A stretch of 64,000 nt of DNA, from contig OZ220741.1 of NCBI GenBank assembly GCA_965116885.1, forward strand, positions 5,152,001 to 5,216,000, in the 5' to 3' direction. This document shows positions 20,701 to 29,982 of this stretch, piece after piece (positions within the stretch are counted from its first letter, which is position 1; every line of letters begins with the position of its first letter). Position numbers and translations under genes: made by a program. Below the pieces are notes generated by a model. The model saw only the letters and a program-made list of their open reading frames with translations. It searched no databases and had not been told where the DNA came from. The DNA is from Candidatus Latescibacterota bacterium (GTDB taxonomy: Bacteria; Latescibacterota; UBA2968).

Positions 20701-20913
20701 ACGCCCCTGCTATTAGAAAAAAGCCTTCAGGCGCAATTCCTGGTGCCGATGGCCATATCCCTCGGCTTTGGCGTTCTCTTTGCAACCGTCATCACCCTCT
20801 TACTCGTCCCCATCAGCTACAATATTCTCGAAGACATCATCAACGCCTTCTACCACCTCATCGGGCGCGAACGCGGCGCATTCCGCGCCGATCTGAATCG
20901 CGCAGCAGATTAA
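17704..20913 (+). CDS. RND efflux permease (AcrB/AcrD/AcrF family)
   Basis: 1069 aa, GIVVDDAVIVGEN, RFRPILLTS; ATGA coupling to the MFP gene. Confidence 0.95.
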   Translation: MKNAIEWFARNSVAANLLMVLILGGGILLVSRIRMEVFPEISQDMINVSMIYLGAAPEEVEEAICIRIEEAVLGLDGIERITSTASENSGVVNIELESGADMRKLLDDVKARVDAITTFPVETEKPIIREITNRRQVINVAISGPTDEKTLKTIGEQVRDDIATIPGITQVDLVSTRPYEIAIEVSENDLRRYDLTFSEIAMAVRRFSIDLPGGAIRTQGGEILLRTKGQAYRGKEFESLVLRSRPDGTHLRLGDVATVIDGFAETDQSAQFDAEPTVTVKVYRVGDQNALDITEKVKAYINNTQQRMPDGIKLTVWADFSRILNDRLELMLHNGQLGFILVFIALTMFLRLRLAFWVALGIPISFLGAIGLMPFFDISINMISLFAFIVVLGIVVDDAVIVGENIYRHYQMGKRGLRAAIDGAQEVYVPVIFAILTSIAAFSPLLTVEGSMGKIMRLIPMIVILTLIFSLIESLFILPAHLAHAKIDSKKDSDPPRKRAIVTLWQRVQNGVADGLLIAVDRYYRPFLEWALQWRYLTLAGGVATLFLTVGLVGGGWIKFVFFPNVEADNIVAMLTMPQGTPAEVTEKAVRHLEASAQQLQREIEGENSSSVFRHVFASVGEQPYRAAQGPPTGNAASFSSAHLGEVYIELMPSENRNISSEEIANRWRELTGAIPDAVELAYSSSLFSSGEAINIQFSGPDYGELREVAEKFKSALNDYPGVFDIADSFRPGKEEVKLSLTRQAETLGITLADLARQVRQAFYGEEAQRIQRGRDDIRVMVRYPESERRSLGNLEDMRIRTPSGGEVPFSIAARAEPGRGYASIRRTDRQRVINVTSDVDISIANANEIIAECTRTVLPQILADHPRVRYDFEGQQREQDEMLQGLAQSFIIALLIIYILLAIPFKSYVQPLIVMGAIPFGIVGAVWGHVALGFNLSILSVFGIVALTGIVVNDSLVMVDFINKQREKGHALSDALREAGAVRFRPILLTSVTTFLGLTPLLLEKSLQAQFLVPMAISLGFGVLFATVITLLLVPISYNILEDIINAFYHLIGRERGAFRADLNRAAD

Positions 20914-21010
20914 TCCCAATCCAAAAGATTGACAAGCTATTTCAATGCGTGTACATTGCGCTCACAGTATATAAAGCTCCTGTATAGCTCAAAATTGAAA
21001 GGAATAACCA

Positions 21011-22390
21011 ATGGACATGGCCCCCAACATCATCTTTATCCTCACCGATGATCAAGGCCCCTGGGCTGCCGGATGTTATGGCAATCCAGAAATTCGCACC
21101 CCCAATCTCGACCGCATTGCTGCTACGGGTATTCGATTTGACAATTTCTTTGTCACCATCCCCGTGTGTTCGCCCAGCCGCGCCTCTTTTCTCACAGGTC
21201 GCATACCCTCACAACACGGCGTACACGACTGGATCCGCGAAGGCAACACGGGTCCCGATGCAGCTTCTTATCTGCAGGACGAAATCTGCTATACCGATAT
21301 CCTATCCGAACACGGCTGGACGTGTGGATTATCGGGCAAATGGCATCTGGGCAATAGCACCTTACCGCAGCACGGCTTCTCGCACTGGTTTGCCCATGAA
21401 AAAGGCGGTGGTCCCTACAACGACGCCACACTGGTACGCAATGGCGAACTCGTCACCGTACCGGGTTATGTGACCACCGCCATCACAGACGACGCCCTCG
21501 CATTTATCGACAATCACGCCAATAACGACAATCCCTTTTACCTCAGCGTTCACTACACAGCGCCCCACAGCCCCTGGACTGGACATCCCCAGGATATTGT
21601 CGATTCCTACGACGATTGCCCATTTGAATCCTGCCCACAAGAAGATCCACACCCCTGGGCGGGTGGCTTGAGCAATAATTTGGGCAACCGCGAAAGTCTC
21701 AAAGGCTACTTTGCCGCTGTCACCGCAATGGATTATGACGTAGGGCGCATTCTCGATAAAATCGAGGACAAGGGAATTCGCGACAACACCCTCGTTGTCT
21801 TCACCTCCGACAATGGTTTTTCCTGTGGTCACCACGGTTTTTGGGGCAAGGGCAATGGCACGCGCCCCTTAAATATGTATGAAAACTCTATCAAAGTGCC
21901 CTTCCTATCCAGCCATCCCGGCGTCATTCCCGAAGGCAGCGTACAACCCGCAATGGCTTCGGGATACGATTTTATGCCCACCCTCCTCGACTATCTCAAC
22001 TTGCCCTTACCCGAAGACCGCAACTACCCCGGCCGATCCTTCCTCGCCGCGCTAAAAGGCAAAGAAGATTCCGGACGCGACAATGTCGTTATCTACGACG
22101 AATACGGCACGACGCGCATGATTCGCACTGCCGAATGGAAATACGTACATCGCTATCCCGATGGTCCCAACGAACTCTACGACCTGCAAAACGATCCCGA
22201 CGAGCGCGACAACCTCGTTGCCGACAATGCGCAGGCCAACCGCATCAAAACGATGAAAACACAGATGGAAACGTGGTTTGCTACCTACAGCGTTCCCGAC
22301 AAAGACGGACGCGATTACAATGTCACAGGTAGCGGACAACTCCGCCCTGTCGGACAAAAATGGGAAGACGACCGCAAACCCTTTGCATAA
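21011..22390 (+). CDS. Cys-type sulfatase (S1 family)
   Basis: PNIIFILTDDQG, CSPSRASFLTG, GKWHLG, SDNG; no signal peptide. Confidence 0.93.
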   Translation: MDMAPNIIFILTDDQGPWAAGCYGNPEIRTPNLDRIAATGIRFDNFFVTIPVCSPSRASFLTGRIPSQHGVHDWIREGNTGPDAASYLQDEICYTDILSEHGWTCGLSGKWHLGNSTLPQHGFSHWFAHEKGGGPYNDATLVRNGELVTVPGYVTTAITDDALAFIDNHANNDNPFYLSVHYTAPHSPWTGHPQDIVDSYDDCPFESCPQEDPHPWAGGLSNNLGNRESLKGYFAAVTAMDYDVGRILDKIEDKGIRDNTLVVFTSDNGFSCGHHGFWGKGNGTRPLNMYENSIKVPFLSSHPGVIPEGSVQPAMASGYDFMPTLLDYLNLPLPEDRNYPGRSFLAALKGKEDSGRDNVVIYDEYGTTRMIRTAEWKYVHRYPDGPNELYDLQNDPDERDNLVADNAQANRIKTMKTQMETWFATYSVPDKDGRDYNVTGSGQLRPVGQKWEDDRKPFA

Positions 22391-22423
22391 AGAGCAGTCA
22401 GTTTTCTGTCAAAGGAGGTACTG

Positions 22424-23308
22424 GTGAAAACGGGTGTGTGCAGTTACTGTTTCAATTCGATGCTGACCGAGGGTAAGATCTCTTTGATGGAGGCGATCGA
22501 GTTCGTAGGAAAGGAGACTGAGGCCGACTGCTTCGAGCCCTACTCCCCATACTGGCGTCCTGATCGAGACGTCCAAGAACAGGCGCGCGAGGCCCGGAAA
22601 CTGATGGACCGGGTGGGCCTGCAGGCCTCGTGCCATGCCCTGGCGACCGATTTCGCCGTCTATGACGAAGACGAAAATCGCGCCTGCCTGGACTGGTGTG
22701 AGAAGATGCTCCAGGTCGCCGTGATCCTCGGAGCCGATACGGTCCGAGTCGATCCCCGCACCGCCCCACCTCCCGGCAGATCCCGCGGCGATATCGATCC
22801 CGAAGACGCCCTCGCCCGCGTTGCCCAAAGCATGCAGACCGTCGCCGACATCGCTATCGAAAAAGGCTTGAAAGTCGGCGTTGAGAACCACGGAGTGCTG
22901 CTCGGACGCACGTCGCAGACCGCGCGCATCGTCGAGTGGGTCAATCGCCCCAACTTCGGCGTGAACCTCGACTTCACCAATTTCCGCACGGTCTTCGGAG
23001 AAGACCACATTGAGGCGACCCGGCTTCTCGCCAGACATGTTGTCCACATTCACGCCAAGGACTTCCACATTCGGCAGGATTCCCAACCTGGGGAGGAGTG
23101 GCGCGAAATCCCCTCGGGCGAATACGTCAAGCGCGCGATCGGCGGCGAGGGGAACTCGGGTTGGGCCGAGATCTTGCGCATCCTCAAAGATGCGGGCTAC
23201 AAGGGCACTATCTCCCTTGAGGTCTCAGATCCAGCGGACATCCGGGGCAGTGTCGCCAAAGGAGCGGCCAATTTGAAGCGTATCATTTCGGAGATGGAGC
23301 AGTTGTAA
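22424..23308 (+). CDS. Sugar phosphate isomerase/epimerase (xylose-isomerase-like TIM barrel)
   Basis: ENH, NLDFTN, HIHAKD, ISLE metal ligands. Confidence 0.88.
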   Translation: MKTGVCSYCFNSMLTEGKISLMEAIEFVGKETEADCFEPYSPYWRPDRDVQEQAREARKLMDRVGLQASCHALATDFAVYDEDENRACLDWCEKMLQVAVILGADTVRVDPRTAPPPGRSRGDIDPEDALARVAQSMQTVADIAIEKGLKVGVENHGVLLGRTSQTARIVEWVNRPNFGVNLDFTNFRTVFGEDHIEATRLLARHVVHIHAKDFHIRQDSQPGEEWREIPSGEYVKRAIGGEGNSGWAEILRILKDAGYKGTISLEVSDPADIRGSVAKGAANLKRIISEMEQL

Positions 23309-23366
23309 TGCCAGAGCCAGGACGTGGTTGGCCCCTTACAAACGGCATAAGACATTGGAGGATGGT

Positions 23367-24593
23367 ATGAAAGAAAAATTAGCTCTTAATGGCGGAGAAA
23401 AAACGCGCACAGATCCCTTTCCTTCGCGGACACCATTTGGAAAAAAAGAAGAAGAATTGTTGTTGGACGCCGTGCGCAGTCAAAATCTGTTTGGCAAGAG
23501 CGGCACCTATGTCAAAGATTTTGAAAAGCAATTTGCCGAATTTTACGGAATGGGATATGCACAAAGTTCGACGAGCGGCACGGCGGCTATCCATCTGGCA
23601 GTGGGCGTTGTCGATCCCGAACCGGGGGACGAAATCATCACCGCGCCCATCACCGATCCGGGCAGCGTAATGCCCATTTTAATTCAAAATGCCGTGCCCG
23701 TATTTGCTGATGTCGATCCCCTGACAATGAACATGACACCCGAATCAATTGAAGCAAATATTACAGACCGAACGCGCGCAATCATCCTCGTACACTTGTT
23801 TGGACGCCCCTGCAATGTCGAAGAAGTGGTAAAAATTGCGGAAAAATACCACATTACGCTAATCGAAGATTGTAGCCAATGCCACGCCACCAAATACAAA
23901 GGTCGCTATGTGGGAACTTTTGGACATATGGGTTGTTTTAGCTTGCAGCAGTCCAAACACATGACCACGGGCGATGGTGGGATGACGGTCACGCATGACC
24001 GAGAAACCTATATTCGCCTCAAGCTATTTTCCGATAAAGGATGGGATTATCAATATATGGCCGATCGCGATCACGCTTTTGTCGCACCCAACTATCGCAT
24101 GACCGAGATGCAGGGCGCGGTTGGCCTCGCGCAGTTGGAAAAGGTGCGCAGCGTAGTCGAAAGACGCCACGAATTAGGCGCATTGCTGTGTGAACTGATA
24201 GCCGATGCGCCGGGCATAACGCCCGTTCCCCCCGAGGGAGACCGCGAGGTTTCATGGTGGAATTTTATTTTTCACGTCACAGGTCACGATCCCGATGAAT
24301 TTTGCAAAGCCGTGCGCGCCGAAGGCGTATCTATGGGGGCGCATTATATCAAAGATCCAATTTTTATGCGCGGGAATTACCTGACCGAAAAACGCACCTA
24401 TGGAAACAGCGGATTCCCCTTTCACCACGGCGTAACAAGCCGCGAATATAACTATGGCCCAGAACTTGTTCCCGGCGCAGTACAGGCATTGAGTACAGTC
24501 GTTGTATGGGGCTTGCACGAGCACCTCGACGAAAAAGACATCCGCGACACCGCCGCCGCAATCAACAAAGTCGCAAACGGCCTGAGTAAATAG
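23367..24593 (+). CDS. DegT/DnrJ/EryC1/StrS PLP aminotransferase
   Basis: SGTAAIH, IEDCSQ, FSLQQSKHMTTGDGG, NYRMTE. Confidence 0.92.
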   Translation: MKEKLALNGGEKTRTDPFPSRTPFGKKEEELLLDAVRSQNLFGKSGTYVKDFEKQFAEFYGMGYAQSSTSGTAAIHLAVGVVDPEPGDEIITAPITDPGSVMPILIQNAVPVFADVDPLTMNMTPESIEANITDRTRAIILVHLFGRPCNVEEVVKIAEKYHITLIEDCSQCHATKYKGRYVGTFGHMGCFSLQQSKHMTTGDGGMTVTHDRETYIRLKLFSDKGWDYQYMADRDHAFVAPNYRMTEMQGAVGLAQLEKVRSVVERRHELGALLCELIADAPGITPVPPEGDREVSWWNFIFHVTGHDPDEFCKAVRAEGVSMGAHYIKDPIFMRGNYLTEKRTYGNSGFPFHHGVTSREYNYGPELVPGAVQALSTVVVWGLHEHLDEKDIRDTAAAINKVANGLSK

Positions 24594-24611
24594 ATAAAAA
24601 AAGGAATCCAA

Positions 24612-25640
24612 ATGCACCAGTCTCGTACACGGCGGTATCACATCAAAGGCATTTTTGCAAGTGTACTCTGTATTTTAGCTCTCTCGGCTTGTGGAAACAC
24701 ACCACCGGACATCACGGGACCGGGAGAACCCGGCGCAGAGGCAATACCGGGCGGCCCTGGACAGATCGCATATATAAAACAGAACCTGCAAACGGGCAGT
24801 TTTCATCTTCATATTGTAGATCCCGACGGGAAAAACCCGATCAATCTCAATCCCATAGACGATCTGGCTGAATATTCCGGGCAATCGTGGGCACCCGATG
24901 GCACACAACTCGCCTTTGCCTCGAACCGCAGCGGCAATGCCAATTTCAATATTTTTGTTATGAATACCGACGGGAGCAATATCCGCAGTGTGGTAGAAGA
25001 TTCGGGAGGCGATTTTGCATCGTCCTGGTCGCCCGATGGACAAAAAATTCTCTTTCAAGCCTGGCGCAGCGATGAGACAACCTGGGATATTTATGTGGTC
25101 AACATCAACGGCTCTGACGAAAAGGTGCTGATCAATACAGATATGGAAGAGCAACTGCCCGTCTGGTCGCCCGATGGCACCAAATTTGCCTATCAGGCTG
25201 GACACCGCGGTCAGGGAATCGATATCTACGTCGCCAATGTCGATGGTACAGGCGCAATGCGTTTGACAGATGGCAATGGCACCTTGCATGCTGCACCTGC
25301 CTGGTCCCCCGATGGAACGCAGATTGCCTTCGCTTCCAATCGCCACCAACCCCCGCCAACAGGCACGAGAACACCCCTGGCACAGTACGAGATTTATGTG
25401 ATGAATCGAGACGGTTCAAATATGCGTCGTATCACTTCTTCCGAACCCCTCGAAGCATTGCACCAGCCAACCTGGTCACCCGATGGAAAACAAATTGCAT
25501 TTGAATCTCACACTTATGCAACAGAGCTAATCTCGGGATTTTCGACCGTTAAGGTCATGAACGCAGATGGATCCAATTTGTACTCCATACCCAACCTTCC
25601 CATTGGCGCGCGCTTCCCGCGCTGGTCACCTGTCCCTTAA
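24612..25640 (+). CDS. TolB-like PD40 beta-propeller lipoprotein
   Basis: Lipobox LSAC; repeated WSPDG.QIAF motifs. Confidence 0.85.
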   Translation: MHQSRTRRYHIKGIFASVLCILALSACGNTPPDITGPGEPGAEAIPGGPGQIAYIKQNLQTGSFHLHIVDPDGKNPINLNPIDDLAEYSGQSWAPDGTQLAFASNRSGNANFNIFVMNTDGSNIRSVVEDSGGDFASSWSPDGQKILFQAWRSDETTWDIYVVNINGSDEKVLINTDMEEQLPVWSPDGTKFAYQAGHRGQGIDIYVANVDGTGAMRLTDGNGTLHAAPAWSPDGTQIAFASNRHQPPPTGTRTPLAQYEIYVMNRDGSNMRRITSSEPLEALHQPTWSPDGKQIAFESHTYATELISGFSTVKVMNADGSNLYSIPNLPIGARFPRWSPVP

Positions 25641-25671
25641 ACACACACCCAGGTCGTGAATCAACCACCTG

Positions 25672-25701
25672 AAAGTCTCAGATTTTATCTGAGACTTTTT
25701 T
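25672..25701. terminator. Intrinsic terminator
   Basis: AAAGTCTCAGAT/ATCTGAGACTTT followed by a T-run. Confidence 0.7.
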
Positions 25702-25780
25702 GTTTGACTTCGTCGCTTTTGTCCAATTAATTGTTCGCGGCGGGTATATGGTATTGCGAACCACTTGTCAGGAGATGCGT

Positions 25781-26500
25781 ATGAGACGGCCAACAGATAC
25801 TGAACGGCAGGAATGGGAAGACAACGGCGTGTTGTTTTTAGAAAATGCAATTGTTGGAGAAGACCTCGCGCGGTTACAGGCGACATTTGACCGATGCGCC
25901 GCCGAGGCCAGGCGCGAATGGTTGGAGGGAATTGCAAAAGGCACGCGTCCCGCTGCCCATTTTGATATTCCAAAACCATTGGAAAAGGACGACGTGTTTA
26001 TCGACCTGATCGATTATCCGGGTTGGTACGGATTTTTGATGGATTTTGCCGATGAAGATCTGATTCTGCTCGCACCGCAAGTGCGAACCCTTCCAATATC
26101 ACCCATCAGTTATGTGGGCTGGCATCCAGATGTACCGCATACGACACCGCTCCACATGAAGGTACAGATCTATATCGAGGATGTCCCGGCCGATGGCGGA
26201 GCATTTGGGTATGTGCCGGGCAGTCATAAACCCGACGCCGGGCCGTGTCCTCTGGTTCGTCCACTCGATTCAATGCCGGGGCACAAAGTGTATCCGGGCA
26301 GAGCGGGCGATGCGGTATTATTCAATTCTTATGGGTGGCATACCTCAATGGTCAACCGCACGTTAAAGCCGCGCAAATCGATTATCCTCATCTACGAAAA
26401 GTGGAGTAAAGATCGCATATCGACCAAACATTTTGCAACCATTGCAGATAAATGCACAACGCCAGACCGCAGGCGGTTGTTCAGTCTTGATGAGAGATGA
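25781..26500 (+). CDS. Phytanoyl-CoA dioxygenase (PhyH)-family protein
   Basis: WHPD, VPGSHK, GDAVLF...WH; AGGAG RBS before ATG 25781. Confidence 0.87.
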   Translation: MRRPTDTERQEWEDNGVLFLENAIVGEDLARLQATFDRCAAEARREWLEGIAKGTRPAAHFDIPKPLEKDDVFIDLIDYPGWYGFLMDFADEDLILLAPQVRTLPISPISYVGWHPDVPHTTPLHMKVQIYIEDVPADGGAFGYVPGSHKPDAGPCPLVRPLDSMPGHKVYPGRAGDAVLFNSYGWHTSMVNRTLKPRKSIILIYEKWSKDRISTKHFATIADKCTTPDRRRLFSLDER

Positions 26501-26504
26501 TAGT

Positions 26505-27407
26505 ATGCCAATTATTGATTCGCACCTGCATGTATTTGAAAAACTATCTGAAGATTTTCCCCGCGAGGTAAATGCCCAGTGTCCAGCAGACAGGGCAGAG
26601 ACCGCGGAAAAATTGCTGGAGGTCATGGCGGCCAATGGGGTCGATCAAGCAGTATTGACGCAGATTGGCGGTGAACAATTGCCGCACCACCAGTATTTGC
26701 AGCATTGTTTGAAGACCTACCCCAATCGCTTCCGGGGAATTGGCTTGATTCCTCGGGATGAATGGGACGCACCGGAAGATCACATGGACCGGTTGGCTGA
26801 GAACGGAGATATTATCGGATTCAGGATTAACGAAATTGGCGGGCCTGCCGATCCCCTCTCCCATATGGATGTACGGACATTTACTTCGTATCGCATCTGG
26901 AAACACGCGGCAAAAAAAGACTATGTGATGTGGCTGTATATTCGGGCAAAAGACGCGCATCAAGTCGCCTTTATGGTTCGGGCATTTCCCGAAATTCGCG
27001 CCGTGTTTAACCATCTGATGATCTGTCCAGGCGAGGGGATGTTTTCGTGGGATGACGAAGGCCGCCCGCACATCAATACCCCCATACCGCCGCTGACGCG
27101 CTACTCAATGCTGGGCTTGCACGAATACCCAAATATCTGCGTACATCTATCGGGGCAATATGCATTTAGCCAGGAGGCATGGCCCTATCGCGACCTGGAG
27201 AGTTGGCACAAAACACTGCTTTCCAAGTTCGGCGCAGACAAATTGATGTGGGCGACGGATTTTCCCTGGATTTTGGAAGATCCGGGGTATGATAAGCTGG
27301 TACAGGTAATCGCTGAATTGCTACCGGATTTGAACGCGCAGCAAAAAGCAAAAATTATGGGGGGAACTGCAAAACGGGTTTTGGGCTTTCCCGACGTGGC
27401 GGATTGA
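26505..27407 (+). CDS. Amidohydrolase_2 family (possible lactonase)
   Basis: IIDSHLH, NHL, LMWATDFP, IMGGTA motifs. Confidence 0.85.
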   Translation: MPIIDSHLHVFEKLSEDFPREVNAQCPADRAETAEKLLEVMAANGVDQAVLTQIGGEQLPHHQYLQHCLKTYPNRFRGIGLIPRDEWDAPEDHMDRLAENGDIIGFRINEIGGPADPLSHMDVRTFTSYRIWKHAAKKDYVMWLYIRAKDAHQVAFMVRAFPEIRAVFNHLMICPGEGMFSWDDEGRPHINTPIPPLTRYSMLGLHEYPNICVHLSGQYAFSQEAWPYRDLESWHKTLLSKFGADKLMWATDFPWILEDPGYDKLVQVIAELLPDLNAQQKAKIMGGTAKRVLGFPDVAD

Positions 27408-29439
27408 CCCTTTTGAAATTGACCTTGTATTGTTCGAGGGCCTTGAGCGCCTTGTTATCGGGATGGGGATATACGTCGCGGGATTTCCCAAAAAACGCGA
27501 CAGCTTCTACCCTCAGGCCCTGTTTTTGCAACAGACTTCCCCTCAAATAGTACAGCCGCGCCAGGGTTTTCTTTTTTAATGCCTCGTGTTTGAGCGTCTC
27601 CGCTCTGTCTAACCACGCCGAGACTTGTTCCCAGTGCGAGCTATTCCCATTCTCTATCAGTGTGTCGGCCATGCCGAGGAGACAGGCATAGCTACTCTCT
27701 GCGAGGCGGAACAATTCCCGCATTGAGTCGAGAAATCCCTGATCGCCCGAAAAATAAATCAAACCCAAATATCGCCCGTACTGGGACAACAACCCGTTTC
27801 GCCGCACGCGTTCCCAGCGATCAATGGGTTGCAGATGTATCAGATAGGTAAAATACTCCTCGCCGCGCGGATGGCGTTTTATTTCTATGGTACCCGGCTC
27901 ACTATCTTTAACTGCCTCCATGAGAAAACCATAGATCCGTCCCTGGCGGTTGGGAAAAATGTCGTAATCCATAGGAAAAAAGAGGGCGCGTTCTGTCGAA
28001 TCGGTGAATTGTTCCAAAACCTCCTTCTTCTTTTTTTTTGGTAAAAATGGATCGTAGAGGCGTTTGCCATATACGAGTCCCTGAAGATTGTACAACGCCA
28101 CATCTGGACGGCGGTTCTCGATGTATTGATAATAGCCCATCGGCCCGGTGGCATCGCCGAATACAAACAGGACCGCGTCCTCCGGCAAAATATCCAATTG
28201 CATGTCCGCATAGTGCTCGGCAAAGTCGCTATCGGATCGATCATTGGCCCGCCAGTGTTCGTGCACCGACCACGCAACCATCGCCGTGCCCACCAGTGCT
28301 GCCATACCAATTTTGAGTCTCGGCCTCTGGGCAAATTTGGGAGGCAACCGTTCTGTCAACCAGTCAATCACAACATGCAATCCAATACTCAGCCACAGAG
28401 CCGCTATGCCGTAACAAAGCAGAGAATATGGCCGAAAAATCGCGCCCCAGAAAAAGTCAAAATCGAAACCCAGCAGGGCGATCAGCACAATGCTATTGCC
28501 CAAAAACACCAGCAATCCCGAACCCGCTTTTGCGATCTGCCGTCGCTGAAACAGAACGATCAGACCGAACACGGCGAGTGCAAATCCCGGCAGCGTCAAT
28601 TGCCACAAAAATTCGTTGCCCAGCCATTGCATGAACCCGAATCGGTCACTCCACCCCGCGCTGGGGCTGGCATCTATATGGGCATAGCCCTGCCGGCTAA
28701 AATAATGCCAAAATTCTTTCAGAGTATCGAGAGAGCCGTAAAAATTGATCAGGGGATCATGATGCGACCGCCAGACCATCCATGCATAAGGCAATGCCGC
28801 ACACGGCAGGGAAACTCCAAAAAGTAGCGGCAGTTTCCGATACAAGGTGCGCCAGGCGGGAAAGACCAATATCATCAAACCCGGCGTTGAAAGCACCATC
28901 AGCGGCCAGTGGTTGGTCAGGCTCAATCCATAAACGACAGCTGCGGCAACCCAGATCCCGGTGCGGTGCGGCTGGCGAACGCCGTATAAAAGCAACGCAT
29001 AGAGACCAAAAAAGAACAGTGCATTGAGCGTATAAACCTCGGCGATAATAGCCTGAGACCAGAAATGCTCAGAAGCGGCAAACAGCCAGGCGGCAGTCCT
29101 GGCTGGTGTTGGCGATGCGCCCAACAAACGGGCACATACATAAACGCAGCCGCAGGTAAGCGCGCCCAATACCGCACTGGACAAATGGCCGAGGAAAGCA
29201 ACACTACCAAAGGGCAATTGCGTAAACAGATAGACAATAAGGGTATAGAGCGGATAGCCCGGCGGATGTGCCACTCCGAGATGCGCTCCAGCCATGAGAA
29301 ACAAGCCGTCATCTTCCAAAACAACAGTGCGCGGCATAGTAAGCACATAAAGCACGAGAGGGCCAATAACCGATGCGACCAGTGCGATCCCATCGCGCAA
29401 GGGCTTAAATGCTTCAATTTGGGCATCCACGCGATTCAT
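27355..29439 (-). CDS. DUF2723/TMEM260-like GT-C membrane glycosyltransferase with C-terminal TPR
   Basis: EDDG acidic loop, GVAHPPGYPLY, FWSQAIIAEVYTLN, LTNH; many TM helices. Confidence 0.85.
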   Translation of the reverse strand: MNRVDAQIEAFKPLRDGIALVASVIGPLVLYVLTMPRTVVLEDDGLFLMAGAHLGVAHPPGYPLYTLIVYLFTQLPFGSVAFLGHLSSAVLGALTCGCVYVCARLLGASPTPARTAAWLFAASEHFWSQAIIAEVYTLNALFFFGLYALLLYGVRQPHRTGIWVAAAVVYGLSLTNHWPLMVLSTPGLMILVFPAWRTLYRKLPLLFGVSLPCAALPYAWMVWRSHHDPLINFYGSLDTLKEFWHYFSRQGYAHIDASPSAGWSDRFGFMQWLGNEFLWQLTLPGFALAVFGLIVLFQRRQIAKAGSGLLVFLGNSIVLIALLGFDFDFFWGAIFRPYSLLCYGIAALWLSIGLHVVIDWLTERLPPKFAQRPRLKIGMAALVGTAMVAWSVHEHWRANDRSDSDFAEHYADMQLDILPEDAVLFVFGDATGPMGYYQYIENRRPDVALYNLQGLVYGKRLYDPFLPKKKKKEVLEQFTDSTERALFFPMDYDIFPNRQGRIYGFLMEAVKDSEPGTIEIKRHPRGEEYFTYLIHLQPIDRWERVRRNGLLSQYGRYLGLIYFSGDQGFLDSMRELFRLAESSYACLLGMADTLIENGNSSHWEQVSAWLDRAETLKHEALKKKTLARLYYLRGSLLQKQGLRVEAVAFFGKSRDVYPHPDNKALKALEQYKVNFKRVNPPRRESPKPVLQFPP

Positions 29440-29858
29440 TGTGTACCGTCCTCCTTTTCTCCTAATCGCCCGTCTGTCACCTCGCGAAACGTCCAGAGAG
29501 AATTAATGAAATAGTTAAATAATGTGGCCGGGGCAATCGCGCACCCCTGCAAAATGACCGATTGCACCGCTGGAAAAAGGAAGGAAAGCAAGACAAATGT
29601 GCCATAACTCAGCATGAGCGTCACCAGTGAAACGAGATTATACTTTAAACCCCGAACGCGCTTTTTCCCCTCCAGTGCGCGATCGCGGAAGGTCCAGTAG
29701 TTATTGAGCAGAAAATTTGAGATAATCGACAGCTCAATGGCAATTGGTGATGCCAGCAACTTATGCACACCGAGATTGAGCAAGAATTGAAACGAACCGA
29801 GATTGACAAATACCCCCGATAACCCCGTGAGGGCAAATTTGATAAATGTGCGAGACAT
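29436..29858 (-). CDS. GtrA-family flippase
   Basis: FIKFALTG, SNFLLNNYWTF, NYFINSLWTF; four TM helices; ATGA overlap. Confidence 0.88.
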   Translation of the reverse strand: MSRTFIKFALTGLSGVFVNLGSFQFLLNLGVHKLLASPIAIELSIISNFLLNNYWTFRDRALEGKKRVRGLKYNLVSLVTLMLSYGTFVLLSFLFPAVQSVILQGCAIAPATLFNYFINSLWTFREVTDGRLGEKEDGTQ

Positions 29859-29982
29859 AAATTTTCCGATAAATTAGATTTTCAACTGATCAAAGTAACA
29901 ACGCACCTTTGAGAAATCAAGCGCGAAACTCCCAAAAATCTTCTCTCGCATTTACCAGAATACACAGACAACTTGATACGGT

